Source: Podarcis gaigeae (lineage: Eukaryota). Taken from it: a stretch of DNA of 64,000 nt. Positions 38,553-52,227 of this stretch are shown here, in pieces. Every line of letters begins with the position of its first letter. Within the stretch, counting starts at the first letter, position 1. The translations under genes and the position numbers were made by a program. The notes beneath the pieces were generated by a model. It did no database searches, was not told the origin of the DNA, and was given only the letters and a program-made list of their open reading frames with translations. The stretch lies in NCBI GenBank assembly GCA_964106915.2, contig OZ066923.1; one strand, given 5' to 3'.

Positions 38553-38861
38553 GTAATCTTCATACTGCAGAATTGGTCTGCATGAAGCCATTAAGTTGTT
38601 TTATTGCTTCATATTATAATTGCTTCATAGTACAATTGTATGATAAGCAAATTCTGGTTCAAGTGCCGAGTAGAATGACTTCTAGTCAGCACTTGAACCA
38701 AATATTTAAAGTTCTGTCACAATGTATTTGCTAAGAGATTGTTGTAATTTTGAGGTATACTCTTTAATTTCCCCAAATAAGGTGTACTCAGATTTCTTTC
38801 CTGGAGCGAACCTCAGCTCATACTCTCTCTTCCTTGCTCTCATTAAGGAGAAATGTAAATA

Positions 38862-39114
38862 CTGTGGTACCTTGGTTTAAAAACAGCATAGTTTATGAAC
38901 AACTTGGATTAAGAACGCTGCAAACCCGGAAGTAGGTGTTTTGGTTTCTGAACTTTGCCTTGGAAGCAGAACATGTTCCACTTCCTGTTGAGTGCGTTCC
39001 ATTTGTAAATTGAGTCCCCTGCTGCTATGGTAAAAGCACACCTTGGTTTAAGAACGCTTTGGTTTAAGAACGGACTTCCGGAATGGATTAAGGTCATAAA
39101 CCAAGGTACCACTG
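38862..39114. mobile_element. pogo/Tigger-like MITE
   Basis: TA|CTGTGGTACCTTGGTTT...AAACCAAGGTACCACTG|TA. Confidence 0.88.
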
Positions 39115-39189
39115 TAGTTAAATTGAAGCACTGAACTATCCCTTGAGAAAGGAACCAGAGCAAGAGAAGTGGGGGCAGGCTCACTCCTT

Positions 39190-39540
39190 ACCAATGAAAA
39201 GGGGAGGCTTTTTTACTTGTGGCACCAGTGTTGTAGAATGGTCACCTTGCTGAAATAGGAGAAGCCCCATCAGTATTGGTGTTCCATCAGTTTCTAAAGG
39301 CATACCACTTTAGGCAAACATTCCCCTGAACAGAGCTTCTGATCGTATTCTTTTAGCTATATTTTAACTGTTCAGTTGTTATACTTTTTAATGGGATTGC
39401 TTGACTGCATACTTTAAGAATCTTTTCATGCTCCATTCAAGTTGTGTTGTGCATTTTAATTATGTATAAAATTTATAATTGATTTTATAGTTGTAAACTG
39501 CTTAGGAGCTTTTGACACAGAAGCAGCATATAAATAAGCA
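39190..39540 (+). mobile_element. L2 3'-end fragment
   Basis: ggaggctttt..tgtggcaccagtgttgtagaat.. followed by T-rich UTR and ttgtaaactgcttag..ataaataa tail. Confidence 0.5.
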
Positions 39541-42500
39541 CTACTTCCTGTTCTTCCAGTAAAAAGCAAATGTTGGCATAAAACCAATCTGCTAAATTCT
39601 GGGTCTTAACAGTTTAACAATTGTACCAAGGCTGATACATTCCACCCCCCCCCCAGTATTTTCCACATTTTAACATGAAATCTTGATGACAGGATAAGTG
39701 TCTCCAAGCATGCAGTGAATGTGCACCATAGACTCTGTTTAGAGATTCAGGTTTCAGAAGTTACATGTTGACTACCATGGCAAAGGCTGGTGCGCTAAAT
39801 ATGACTGAACTGGCATGCTAGTAGTTCAGATAAGTCACCTTGTCACTTGTCCTTTTAAAAATTAACTGCTGCCCTTCTTAAAATCAGTGCCTACACTTTT
39901 TTCTCTTTAATCTCTTTTGCCTTTTTTTTCCTGGGGTGGGGTGGAGTGGAAGTTGTGCCTAGCCATGTAGCTCTAGAGAGTCCTCACAGCTATTTACAAT
40001 AAAGCATAAGCACTCCAATTAACTTGATACAACCATGCCCAAGCATCAGAAATCATCCTAAAATGCTTGCTTTGTATATTGCATAGCAGCAGGCAAAATG
40101 TTTTGCGGGGGCAGGGGTCTGGCAGTATTGCTTTAAAGCCTACTCATTGAATAAAGGCCTTATTTTGCCACAGATCTGAAGGGTAGCAGTGGGAAAGGTT
40201 TTCACCCTATTTCTAGAAGAAGAGACTATGACTTCGGCACTGGGACGGCATGCAGTAATACTGTTGAAAAGAAACTAATGCTCATACATCAATCTGGTCT
40301 CAGAATATGTTTGGAATAGGGTTGCTCCTGACGATTTTTGGGTGTGGGGAGAATCATTTCCTTAGTTCAGTTGTCAGGAACTCATAGCCCTCTAGATATC
40401 ATTAGACTCATGCTCCCATGAGCCCCAGCCACCATGGCCAGTGATCAGGGATGATGTTGTTATAGTCCCACAACATATGGAGAGCTACAAGTTTTCTACT
40501 GTTGCTTTGGGTAATCTGGACCAAAGCTATTCCCAGGTTTAAAGGTTAAAACTAGCACTTCAAATTGTGAACTGAAATAGGTTTGAAGTCACTGCAGTTG
40601 TGCCATTGCAGGTGCTAATGTGTTACCCATGGCTATGTAATGCACTGCTGCTTTTGGAACTAACTGAAGTTTCTGGGTGTTATCTGAATGCACCCATATG
40701 ATGGTCTAGTTTAGATAATCAGATCATTGATTAATAAATTTGGATGTGCACAACCATCATGCACTCAAATGTAAGCCCTTTTGCTCCCACTTCTTTCTTT
40801 GATCAAGTGGAAAAACAAACCAGGCAGCTGCAGTTAACCATGGCTTTCCATTATATGCGAACCAAGAATTATGGTGGTTAGTGACCTCTGAAGAAGCCAG
40901 GATTGGATCACATAAATGGGCTATATGAGGTTCATGCATATCCTGACTTTCTAAGCCAGGATTTGATTAAACATGGTAACAGAGTCTACCCTGATGGTTA
41001 TCAAAGCATGTTTGATGCAGCAGACACTGTCTTCTATGAGTGGGTGTAGTTGGCCTACAAACCCAAGAAGGTATAATGCATTCTTTGCTATGGGAACTAA
41101 CTGAGATTCTAGGAATAGCATCTCTTGCATGCCCAGCTCTTCAAGGAAATTAAGTCCTTTCCAGAACTGCTGGTTCCTACATCTGTAGGAGCTATCTCCA
41201 ACAATAAAATCAGTCTAACCTAGATTTCTTTATCATTTATTATTCTTTCAGTTCCTTTTATCATGCATTCAGTTGTTATCCATAGGTACCATTTAAAGAA
41301 TTTAGTACCTCATGGATCTACCAAAAAGGAGAAATAGGATGTAATTACCCCCCTTTTTCATATTACATTATCTCTCAATTGTTTCATGCAAATTTTCAAA
41401 AGTATGACAGAAGATGGAACTTTGTAGAATATCATACAGCATACCTCGCTCCACAGCTGACTCCTGCCTGATAGGTATTGAAGTCACTGTAATAAAGTGT
41501 AACTTCTAAGCCATGACTTCGCAGATTGTCTAAGTCACACTTAGACAGAACAATAACATACAAATTTATCAAAGCAGAAGTCGTCTTAAAATTAAGTAGC
41601 TCAGGCTTCACGTAGGTTGATTTAAATGGTTTCTCTCCTCCCTCACAATTATAGTTCAAGTATTGGATTTCTACTGCATTGTTTTCTACTGTACTGCAGA
41701 ATACGGGGGAAAGTATGGAATTTGACCAATAACATGTTTATTTGTTTTCTACCTAATTTTTTATTACAAAAATTGAAATTAATGGACCTAATGATCATGC
41801 TCGTTAATTTAAATGGGTTTTTTCTGAGTAAAACTTAGTGAATATTACCCTAAAGTTTTCCCCCACAAACTAGATTGTATTTATCAGCTGCAGTCACCCC
41901 CCCCCAACTGAATGGGGTTGTTGCTTTTAAATGGAATTAATGATGAAACAAATTTTGGTGTGTGTTGTCTTTGATTTAAGGTTCTCAGAATGGTGAGTTG
42001 TTTCTTCCACCAACCACTATGGCAAGTGATCTGACTAAATCATGCAATGTCAAGCATATCACTGTGCTCTTAATGCCTCTCAGGAACAGTGTTCTAAAGG
42101 GGAGGAGATGAGAGAAATTTGTTTTATTTAATTGATAAAACACTACCTAATTTCTAGCTGTTCCCAATTACGTAATTTGATTCTAAGGCTGCTTGTTTTT
42201 GAAAAATTCAGCTTGTAAAACACAATGAACCTTAGTTTAGCAAAGGCTTCTCAGACAGCTGAAATGCAGCCTTTAGGGTTTAATTGGAAATTTGAACAAT
42301 CTTTAAAATAATTTTATAATTTAAACTTAAGAATGCCATCAACAAAAGGGGAGTGAAATCTGAATGGGGTATTTCCACCCACTCACATCACTGGACAAGA
42401 AGATGCAAATGAGCAGGAGTCATCTGATTGGGCCAGAGGACCTCTCCCCAGTTCACTTCCTGCTTAGCTGCACTGCAGGACATCTGTTCCCCATCCTGTC

Positions 42501-42559
42501 TTTTTACTAGGCCAGGGTGGGGTAGCAACTGGATTTTTACCCTTTCCTTTGCTTTTATT

Positions 42560-43760
42560 TTACTAACCCATAGTGTAAGTGAGCCTCACTTAGGCCATTG
42601 CCAAAAGGAAACCAAGGAAAAAGCATAGGCATGGAAGAAATGGGCCAGATGATATCCCCAGCAAATAATCACAAACAATAGTAAAGCTGAAATGTGTCAC
42701 CACCTCATTTGCAAGAGCAGGGAAGGCTATCATCATAATTAAACCTAGTGAATGGATTTGTCAAAACCTGTCCTAGCTTGAGCAGGTGATCCACAAGTAT
42801 ACTGTGCTGAATGGTTTCAAAAGCTGTGAGATCCAGGACAATCAAGTAAAAATTTCTTCTCAGGTTGACCCAAAACTCATTTATTTGCAACATTCCTGTA
42901 CTGCCAAATAAAAAATTTCCTCAGGCAGTTCACACAAGTTAAAACCATGAAGTTGGTTTTAAAATAATAAACAGTCAAAACAGCAACATAATAAAACCAG
43001 CAACAGAAAACAAATAGTGCAACACGTTTCAGTAATAAAACAAACACAAAAAGCCTGGGGAAATGAAAGGTCATTACAAGGTGTTGAAAAAGACCACAAT
43101 GTAAGTAAACTCCTGGGGGGTGGAAAGTTTCCATAATGGGTACCACTACTGCAAATGCTCTTTCCCTTGTGGCTTCCACTTCAGCTGATTTGGCAGGGAC
43201 ATATAGAAGTGGGCCTTCAGGTAATGATCCTTCAGGTAATTTGGCTCTAAGCCACTTGGGACTTTAAATGTTAATACCAGCACTTTGAATTGTGCTCAGA
43301 AGCAGAAGAGAGCAAACCCCACAGGAAGTTATCAGAACATGAATGACTATAGCAAGACTATCTTTGTCCAGATAATATCATAACTGGTATATCATTTTGG
43401 GCTGATAAAAAGGTTCTCTGAACTACCAAGGATGCATGTACATTAAGAGACAGTGCTGGATCCAGGAACACCCTCCAGACTGAGCTTCTGTTCCTTTGGG
43501 GAGAGTGCAACTTCCTTCAAAACAGATTGTGCACCACTCAGCTTGTTGGATAGACCACCCACTAATAATATGTCTGCCTTGTCTAGATTGAGTTTCAGTT
43601 TATTGCCTCTTACCCAGTTCATTACCATGCCCAAGCACTGATTCATAATGTCCACTGCCTAACCTAGTTTTGATAGAAAGGAGAGAAACAACAAGAAGTC
43701 ATATGTATATTGGAGACATCCAATGCCACACCTACAAATAACCTCAGCCAAAGAGTTCCA
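42560..43760 (-). mobile_element. Fragmented L2 copies (RT region plus a nested 3' end)
   Basis: VLDLTAFETIQHSILVDHL; MNWVRGNKLKLNLDKADILLV; TRERAFAVVVP. Confidence 0.75.
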
Positions 43761-44934
43761 AACTGGCTCAAGACTGAATTTTAGAATTGAAACATGACTA
43801 GCAGTTCTCTTGTCCTGGCATTCCCATCATTACCCTATTCTTGGGCAGAAAGTAATCTGACCTGGATGATGTGTTTAAACTCTGAACCAGATATACATGC
43901 ACTGGAAAAAGATAACATAATGAATGTACTGCCCATCAGTGTACCTTTTATGTCAAACTATTGCCATTCTTCTCACATCTAGAGTTCTGCATGAATCATT
44001 TAATAGATAGTTGGAGAGTTTAAAAACATACCCATTCTCTCTCGTTTCTTTCTTCTTTGACATCAGTTGAGTCAGTTCTTTGGGCTAAATAGGACTATCC
44101 TTTGTCAAAACTTCAAAATAGACTTAATCCACGAAAATGAGTAATACTGACGTGACCTCCACTAGTGGGGTGTGTGTATCAGACTTATTCATGGTGAATA
44201 TTTTGCTGCAAAACATGAAAACTTAACCACCTCTCTAATTTGTTGTATACTGACTGTTACATTCTTTTTATCCTTGGCTTTAATCTGTTAGAACCTAGAA
44301 TATATTATTGGACAGAATGGATCAGACTCTTATCTTGAAATAAATGTAACAGATTCAGGGGCGATGTTCTTGGTTGATCAAATTTGCTTACATATTGATC
44401 CATAAATTTTGTAGTACTCTGCCAAGAGTTGGTCCCCATCATGCTACCTTTTTATAAGCCCATAGCTGCTAAAAAGTGAATATGGGAATCTGTTACATGC
44501 TACGGAAAAGGTAGAAACTTTAAATCCTATGATCACAAGAAAAGAAATTTAAGTATTGATGTAAGCTCTGCTACCAGAACTTTTAGTTATGGACTAGACT
44601 AGTGGGCAAAGGTGTAAGGCCCCTGTAGTGAGCAAAGGTGAAAGGCAGGGAAGCTCTATGCAGTGTGAAAACCCCTCTGTTTTTCCCAGCCCACTTCTGC
44701 TTTAATTGTTGAAAGCTCCAAGCCCAGCATGAGAAGAAGGGGGAGGTTTAAGGATATTTCTCCAGAAACACCCACACACCCTGCGTGGGCATAGATACCT
44801 TGGCTGTGTACATACCAGAGACTTAATGCACATGTGTGTCACACAGATCTGATTGTTCCGTGTGTGCTTTTGCTCACATTCATCTACACATGAGCATTCA
44901 TTTGAACTCTTTTTAAGTATTTTATTGTCTACGC

Positions 44935-45088
44935 CAGTGGTTCCCAATTAACTATGTTCTGCAGACCCCCTGTTTTTGAATAGCCAAGCCATGGACACCC
45001 TACTTTTGAAAATGTTATGGTAGTTTTTGTTATGTAAATGGTGCTGTGGACCCCTTGGGGTCCGCAGACCACCAGTTAGGAGCCACGG
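44935..45088. mobile_element. hAT-type MITE
   Basis: CAGTGGTTCCCAA...TTAGGAGCCACGG termini with ggacccc repeats; related end at 22321. Confidence 0.6.
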
Positions 45089-45754
45089 GTATGCACTAGT
45101 GTGGTGTGCTTGATAGGATTTATTCTCACTGTGAGTTGTTGTCCCCTCCCCTCAATTAGTACTTCCTTACTTGTCTCAGAGTTCCAGAAACCTGAGGTCC
45201 ATTGTGGGTATGTTTACCTGTGCGTTGAGTAATTTTATTTTTATTATTGAGGTGCAAGTTTTCCCGTGTACTAAACTTGAACAAGCTGTGAGTTGAAAAG
45301 AATGTCTGTTGTACCACAGTGGAAACACCAAATTATATTGGGGGGAATGTGGACTGCCACTTGGATGACGACTGAATAATGTGGATGACATGAAAAGTAT
45401 GCCCATGTGGAATGCATTGAATGCACTTTAAACTGCTGTGTATATATAACCCTTGTGGACCGATACATTTAATCTGAATAATCCTATAGCATTTGTAATA
45501 ATAGTGGTAGGATACCACTGTCATGGTAGCCTAATTGCAGCCACATAATATGAACATTAACCATATTTTTTAAACTCAAGCTTTGTTGTAACCTTAGGAA
45601 AGCTGTCAAAGCTGGTGTGCATATGGGGCCTAAGTCAGTATTATTGGGTTTCTTGTGTAATAAAGTTTGGATGATAAATTTCAGTTTTCAGATTAATGCA
45701 GAACAATATTAAAATTTGAGTATGCAGTGCTGATTATTTGTTTACTTTTTCCAG

Positions 45755-46009
45755 TATGTGGAACAGTAGCAGCTGGTGAAGATGAGGATGAAAGTGAAAC
45801 AGGGTGGATCGAAGGAGCTGCAATTCTCCTGTCTGTCGTTTGTGTGGTATTAGTCACAGCTTTCAATGACTGGAGTAAAGAGAAACAATTTAGGGGATTG
45901 CAAAGCCGCATTGAACAAGAGCAGAAGTTTACTGTCATCAGGGGTGGCCAAGTCATCCAGATACCTATAGCTGACATAGTTGTTGGTGATATTGCACAAG
46001 TAAAATATG
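45755..46009 (+). CDS. ATP2B1: PMCA1 exon 4 (TM2)
   Basis: ccag|; [43 protein letters not shown]...VKY; donor G|gtaaat; 255 nt. Confidence 0.97.
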
Positions 46010-46095
46010 GTAAATATACTTATTTATGATGTCATCTCTGGTAACTTCTTATTGAATGTATTTTAAAAGTACCATTTGGGCTCTTTCTTTTTTAG

Positions 46096-46221
46096 GTGAC
46101 CTTTTACCAGCAGATGGTGTACTTATACAAGGAAATGACCTCAAAATTGATGAAAGCTCACTGACTGGAGAATCTGATCATGTTAAGAAAACATCTGATC
46201 GAGATCCTATGTTGCTCTCAG
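46096..46221 (+). CDS. ATP2B1: PMCA1 exon 5 (actuator domain, TGES)
   Basis: [32 protein letters not shown]...; tttag| and |gtgagt; 126 nt. Confidence 0.97.
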
Positions 46222-48585
46222 GTGAGTGATCAAATGATAGCGAAGAACTGGGCATGAGGTATTTTGGAAACTGGACAAAGTTTCCTACTTCAAGAACTAG
46301 GTTATGTGAAACACTGTCTTTCTAGGTGACATCATGCTAAGATCTAGTACTCTTATGTATTATGTATCATGCTTTTAACCTTCTCAGGGCCGGAAAGATG
46401 GGTCTTAACAACAGGTAGGATTTCAGACATACAAGCATCCTTTAATGTGATTACTTTAAGCTAGTGTGCATCGCTGAAATGTCTCAACTTTCCATATTTA
46501 TTAAACACTGTTCATAGGGTAGTTTTATTAGACTCTAGTAATATGGATGCGGTGACCCCCTGAATTAAGTCAGCATGCCCTCATTTAGCTCCTCATCAAT
46601 GAAATAAAAGATGAAATTATTCAAAGCCTGAAGTGAGTTATATTGTTAAGACTGCAGAAGTACTGCAGAGTGTTCCAGTTGACAGAATTCAGTTGTGCAA
46701 ATAGGCAGCTATTGTTTTCCACTATACCCCAGAGACTATGCAGATTTAAACTTTATTGCCAGTCTCGAAAACTGATTCACTATCTTATATAGTATAGCCA
46801 TGAACAATAACAAACTGAGCGGTCTCCTGAGCATGTTGCTATTTCTCAGTGGGCCTGTTTGGCTATATATCTGTCAGCACTCACTACCTGAGTTTGCTGT
46901 TGGTGATACTTACAGCTGCTCAGTTCAGTGCACTTGAGGTAGATAGGCATTATCTTTGCAAGACAATATATTTACAAATCATTTGAAAAATAATGGATTT
47001 TATTAGAATGCTACCCTTAACTAGCCTAATGAGGCTTGTCAGAGTGTGTATCATGGCCTAAGATTTAAAGTATTCCAGTAGAAACTCAGATGTGCTCCAG
47101 ATATACAGGACTGATTGCAATATTTAGATATATTAGCGGCTTATGGGAATGCTGAAATGTAGTCTTTTCTTTGGAATTTGTTTTTTTCTTTTGGAAACTT
47201 TCTTCCCTAATCAACTTGATATCATGCAACATGTTATTATAATACATGAGTGTGTTAATAGTAAGAATGTTATGTTCTATCTAATGCTACACTGCAGTTT
47301 TCTTTAACTGTAATAAAATGTCTTATAAAAAGCAGTTCTAGTGTAAAGGACTTTACTGGAGAGCCCAACTTAAATTCCTCCAGGGGCCACTTTCGTTTAT
47401 TAACCCAGCACGACTGCATGGCAGCTGCATTAACTACTGAAAAGCATTTTTTTGCTACAGTTGTAACTGTGTTCAGTGCATTCTGCTAATCCCTTCTTGG
47501 CTTTGCTCCCATAGTACTGTTTCTTCTTTCTCTGACCTCTGTTAAACATCCCTCCTTCTCTGTGTGCCCCATAGCACATGCTGTGTCTTCACCACTACAA
47601 GTGTGCAGCCCATCTGTTTCCCCACTTGCAAGTGTCTGCATAACATGTTACCAACTCATTTTTCTCCTTTATGTACCTCTGCAGTTCACAACCCATCTGT
47701 TCATTCCTTTTCTTTCAGCATTTGCTCCATTTCTTCCATTTCATCTCACCCCTTATTTCTGATCTATTGTGATTGTGCAACAGTGCACAATACTTTCACT
47801 CCCCTCAGCATATGAATTGCTGGGAAATCTGGAACAGGTGGCCAAGGCAGCCTGGCTTGCTGGCTAGATCACTAGAACAAAACTCTGAATCCAGGAAGGG
47901 AGGAATAATACAGGCATAATATGGCAGATTTACTCCCATCTTACTTCCAGCTTAGATAGGCCTTGGCTATTTCTACAAATGTGGAGAAAGGTGTTTATAC
48001 AATGGATTTTATTTTATTTTGAGAGAGATATCCTTTCAGAAGGTACATCTCCAAGAATCTCAAACATTTCTTTCAGCTGCCCCATCTCACATTTAATACC
48101 CCCCCCCAAAAAAAAAACCCATAGGGAATGGGAAAGTAGTTAAAGGAGAAATTGGTAGACAGGTGCAGTGGAAGCGCTCATATTTTCCTGCACCTTATCC
48201 AAAGCAGTTTTGGGCTACTTAAGGGTGCCCCACTATAGTGCTGGCAAGGAAGGGTCAAGTGCATGTGCCTTTGGTTCTTGGCCACATTCTTAAAATATTG
48301 TGGTCAAAAACCAGAAATGGCTACACTAACTTTTCATTCCGAAATGTGTGTTTAGTGGTTCTCCTACAAGAAGAAAGTACAGTACAGCACTATATTTTAC
48401 ATCAAGTGTGGAGAACCTTTGGCCCTCCAGATGTAGCTGAAATAATAATAATAGTAATAATTTCATTTCTATAGCGCTTTATATTTTTAAGAAAAAACTC
48501 TTAAAGATATTTACAGCACAATAACATATTAAACAAAACAATCTAGAATAAAACATAAGCAATACAATTAACAGGAAACTAACAC

Positions 48586-48660
48586 CATAGATTTGTAGAG
48601 TTGGAAGGGATCCTGAGGATGATCTTGTCCAACCCCCTGTGATGCAGGAATATTCAGCTG
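48586..48660 (-). mobile_element. CR1 3'-terminal fragment
   Basis: catagatttgtagagttggaagggatcctgagga..tccaacccc. Confidence 0.6.
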
Positions 48661-49477
48661 TCCCAAAGATGCATGAGTTTTAGTGTTGCACATCACATTG
48701 TTTGTAACTTTGTTGTTCAGTAGATTGTGCAACAGCATTCTGTTGGTGCAAAGCATTTCACCAGTGGAGTCACTTTAACTTAGTGTTACATTGGATGCAT
48801 CCCAGTGCATGTATGTGTGCATGTGAACTTGGTAGGCATGCATCTTATATAAGCACAAATGTAGCCCACATGTGGATTGCACAAATCCTGCTCACCTGCC
48901 AGCTTATTTTTCTGCAGCCTGCCCCCCATGTGACTTTCCTTCAGCTAGATTTGCATAGGAGGAGCTTGGCTGGGGCAGAAATAGTTGCAGGGGGGCTTTC
49001 AGAATGTAAAGGGTAACTGTTCTGGGTTTACTTGTGCACTCCTTTACTCCTAAAATTGCACACACATCCATTCCCGAAAGATTGTTAGGCTAAAATGGGA
49101 GTAATCCTATGTATGCTGCCCTGAGAATGTAGTCGAAAGGTGGCTATGAAAGGGGGATATAAATTCAATAGTGCCAGTTTTTAGGCATTTACCAGTGATC
49201 TTGCACATCAGCTGTATATTGGCTAGCCAGTAGCTGGCTGTTGGTAGGCACAAAATTTTCTAATGGCTATAGTCTGTCTTAATGGTTTTTATTGGCTTAG
49301 TGTTTCTTTGGTATTATAAAACCCTTTACTTCTTTATATTTTCTGAATATCCTTGATTGATCAAAGGTGTGTTTCTGCTATAGGAAATTAATGGAAGTAT
49401 TGTAACAAGTTTCTTGCTAACTTGTAGCAGACGTCTGTCTGGAACTTTGCATGAATATGAATGCTTTCACATTTCAG

Positions 49478-49621
49478 GTACTCATGTAATGGAAGGTTCT
49501 GGACGAATGGTAGTTACTGCTGTAGGTGTAAACTCACAAACTGGAATTATCTTTACCTTGCTTGGTGCTGGAGGTGATGACGAAGAAGAAAAGAAAGAAA
49601 AAGAGAAAAAGGACAAGAAAA
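49478..49621 (+). CDS. ATP2B1: PMCA1 exon 6
   Basis: [33 protein letters not shown]...KDKK; ttcag| and A|gtaagc; 144 nt. Confidence 0.97.
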
Positions 49622-50603
49622 GTAAGCATGAAGTTTTGGATGGACTTTAGAGATACATTTTGTAGTTGGCTTCTCTTCTGTAAGTATGTCTGCAAGTGGT
49701 GTTGACCATGCAGAATGACAACGTAGGCAGGTACAAAATAACTACATAGAACTCCTGCTTCCACTTATTCCATTGTCCAAGCGGTTAAGTTTGAAAATTA
49801 AATAGTCAATTTTGTCTCTGAAGTCTTTCAAGTTAACATTCCCAACTTGCTTCAGCTGACACTTCATTACTCACTTAATACAATCACTCAAGTGCTCTTA
49901 ACAGTATCACAAAAATAGGATGTGTTAAGTGAGGCCTGTCTGATATTAGTAAACTCCATAGATTATAGAGTGTTCACTCTTTTATACTAAAGGAAAAAAC
50001 ATGAATGGTGTTTTTTGTTGTTGTTTTTATTTGAAGAAAGGCCATATCATTTGTTGTGTCCCTTTTGAAGTTAACCCTCTCCTCTAGCCCCTGAGATTTT
50101 TTTATTCTTTATTTTGCAATACCTATACAGGTAGGTATAATACCACAGCTGCCATGGAGGACAGTATTCAGATATTGTTTAAAATTACACTGCTTCACCT
50201 GGAAACTGATATTCACCTCTTTTGTATTGCACCTCATAGATGACCTGGCTCTAGCTCAGAAAAAGAATTTTTTTTAGTGTGAACCTAGTCAATACTGAGA
50301 AATCTCTCCACATTTGCTTGAATTAATGTCAAACTCACCTTTACTAATCTTGATATGTCAGGACTTGCATTAATAGCAATACTATAATGTGAGGAGGTTT
50401 AGGGCTGTATGCACTCCATGCTTATACTGGGTAAACCAGTAAAAGGAGTAGCAGAAGCATTCTTCTAATTTCATTTGAACTATAGCTATAAAAGAATCTC
50501 ATTTGTTATAATCATCCCCCACTTCCCCTGTTTCTCATGAATAGAATAACAACTCCTTGAGGTTGGGGGTAGAGGAAGATTTCAACTTTTGAGCTTATAA
50601 CTA

Positions 50604-51381
50604 CAGTGGTACCTTGCTTCTCAAACTTAATCTGTTCTGGAAGTCTGTTCCAAAACCAAAGCATTCCAAAACCAAGGTGCACTTTCCCATAGAAAATAAT
50701 GCAAAATGGATTGATCCATTCCGACTTTTAAAAACAACCCCTAAAACAGAAATTTAACATGAATGTTACTATCTAACAAGACCACTGAGCCATAAAATGA
50801 AAGCAATAATAATGTTCTGTCCTATAAAATAAATAAGACAGTATTGTAGATGATCAAAATTAAAATTATTACTATTTTCTTACCTGCACTGATGATAGTC
50901 ATTGTTCGGATGGGGGACTTTTATCCATTTCCGCAGTCACACAATCAATCAATCAATCAATCATAAAACGAAAAACAAGCCACAGTCACAAAAATGAAAA
51001 AGCCACACAAACAAAAACGCAAAAAATAGCAAAAACAAAAGCACCAAATATCACCTCAGAACACTGCAATCAGAAACGGAAGGCTTTAATTACAATTGGG
51101 GGGGACTTAAATTAGTTGTGCAAGGGTAAAATGGGATAAAAAACCATTATTACGATGAGGGGGGGCTTAAATTTGCCGCACAAGGGTAAAACGGGATGAA
51201 ATAATCCTTAATTACTATGCAGGGGACTCAAATGAGCTGCACAACAGTGAAAACGGAAGCTTAGGAGCACGTTTGGCTTCTGAGGCAAAGTTTGAAAACC
51301 CTAATACCTACTTCTGGGTTTGTAGCGTTCGGGTTCTGAGTTGTTCAGGAACTAAGCTGTTCGAAAACCGAGGTACCACTG
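50604..51381. mobile_element. Long (778 bp) pogo/Tigger-like non-autonomous element
   Basis: TA|CAGTGGTACCTTG...CGAGGTACCACTG|TA; internal ~61-bp x3 repeat and (AATC)n. Confidence 0.88.
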
Positions 51382-52188
51382 TACATATGTATTGTAAACT
51401 TACATATGAAACTAATCACCTTCCAGCTCCTGCCACAATGTTCAGAGGCATAAAATTCCCCCAAAGCATGGCACCTCTGAACAGTTGAACACTGTTACAT
51501 TTAAAGAATTGCAGGCTTATTCTAAGTGAAATTAGACCTGAACATTCCAACTGTCTTCTGAAACACATTGGGATCTGCACCTTAGTATCAAGCAAGACAT
51601 TATTCTAAATGTGTCATTAGCAATTATGTCAAATTTTTTAATATTTAATACTAGGCACAGGGAGACCTGAACTTTATGGGGAACGTTGCAGGATATTTAA
51701 CCCTTTCTTTCACAGCCACAGTTGAAATGAAAATTGCCCCCTGCCACCAGTAGTGTCAATGGGAGCTTTTTTCCCTAAGGTAAATGGGGTGTGAGGAAGG
51801 ATCTTTATTGATATAATGACTGGGGAGGGAAGGGTTAAGCCACAGTTCCCTGAATGCTGTGATCCTGGTGGCTACCAGCCCCTTTCCCAAATCTGGCATT
51901 TAAAAGAACCTGATTTAATTGCTAATACATTTAGTATGGTTTTAGATTGGTATGCATCCCTGAAGTCCAGAAAACTACTCAATTACTGTGAACGAGCCTG
52001 GTCCAGCACAGTAATAAACGCTTACGCAGACTTCGCAATTATATGAGAAATTATAAAAAGTCTCCTCTTCATGCTGTTGGTGCAGCAATGCCCTTTAAGA
52101 CTAGATAATTCAGCAGAAGATCTCATTATCCAAATCTAAAAGTGCTTTGATCCTAGATTTCTAAAAACAACTATTTTTTTATTGGCAG

Positions 52189-52227
52189 GTAAAAAACAAG
52201 ATGGGGCTATTGAAAATCGTAACAAAG
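52189..52227 (+). CDS. ATP2B1: PMCA1 exon 7, 39-nt splice-site-A exon
   Basis: (S)KKQDGAIENRNK; ttggcag| and G|gtaatt; frame-preserving phase 1-1. Confidence 0.95.

Noticed and set aside
51086-51259. Periodic repeats as a CRISPR-like array
   Set aside because: Eukaryotic DNA; degenerate tandem units without unique spacers, inside a MITE
49622-52188. Additional in-frame PMCA2-like site A exons
   Set aside because: No coding-like frame-preserving exon recognised by eye in this intron
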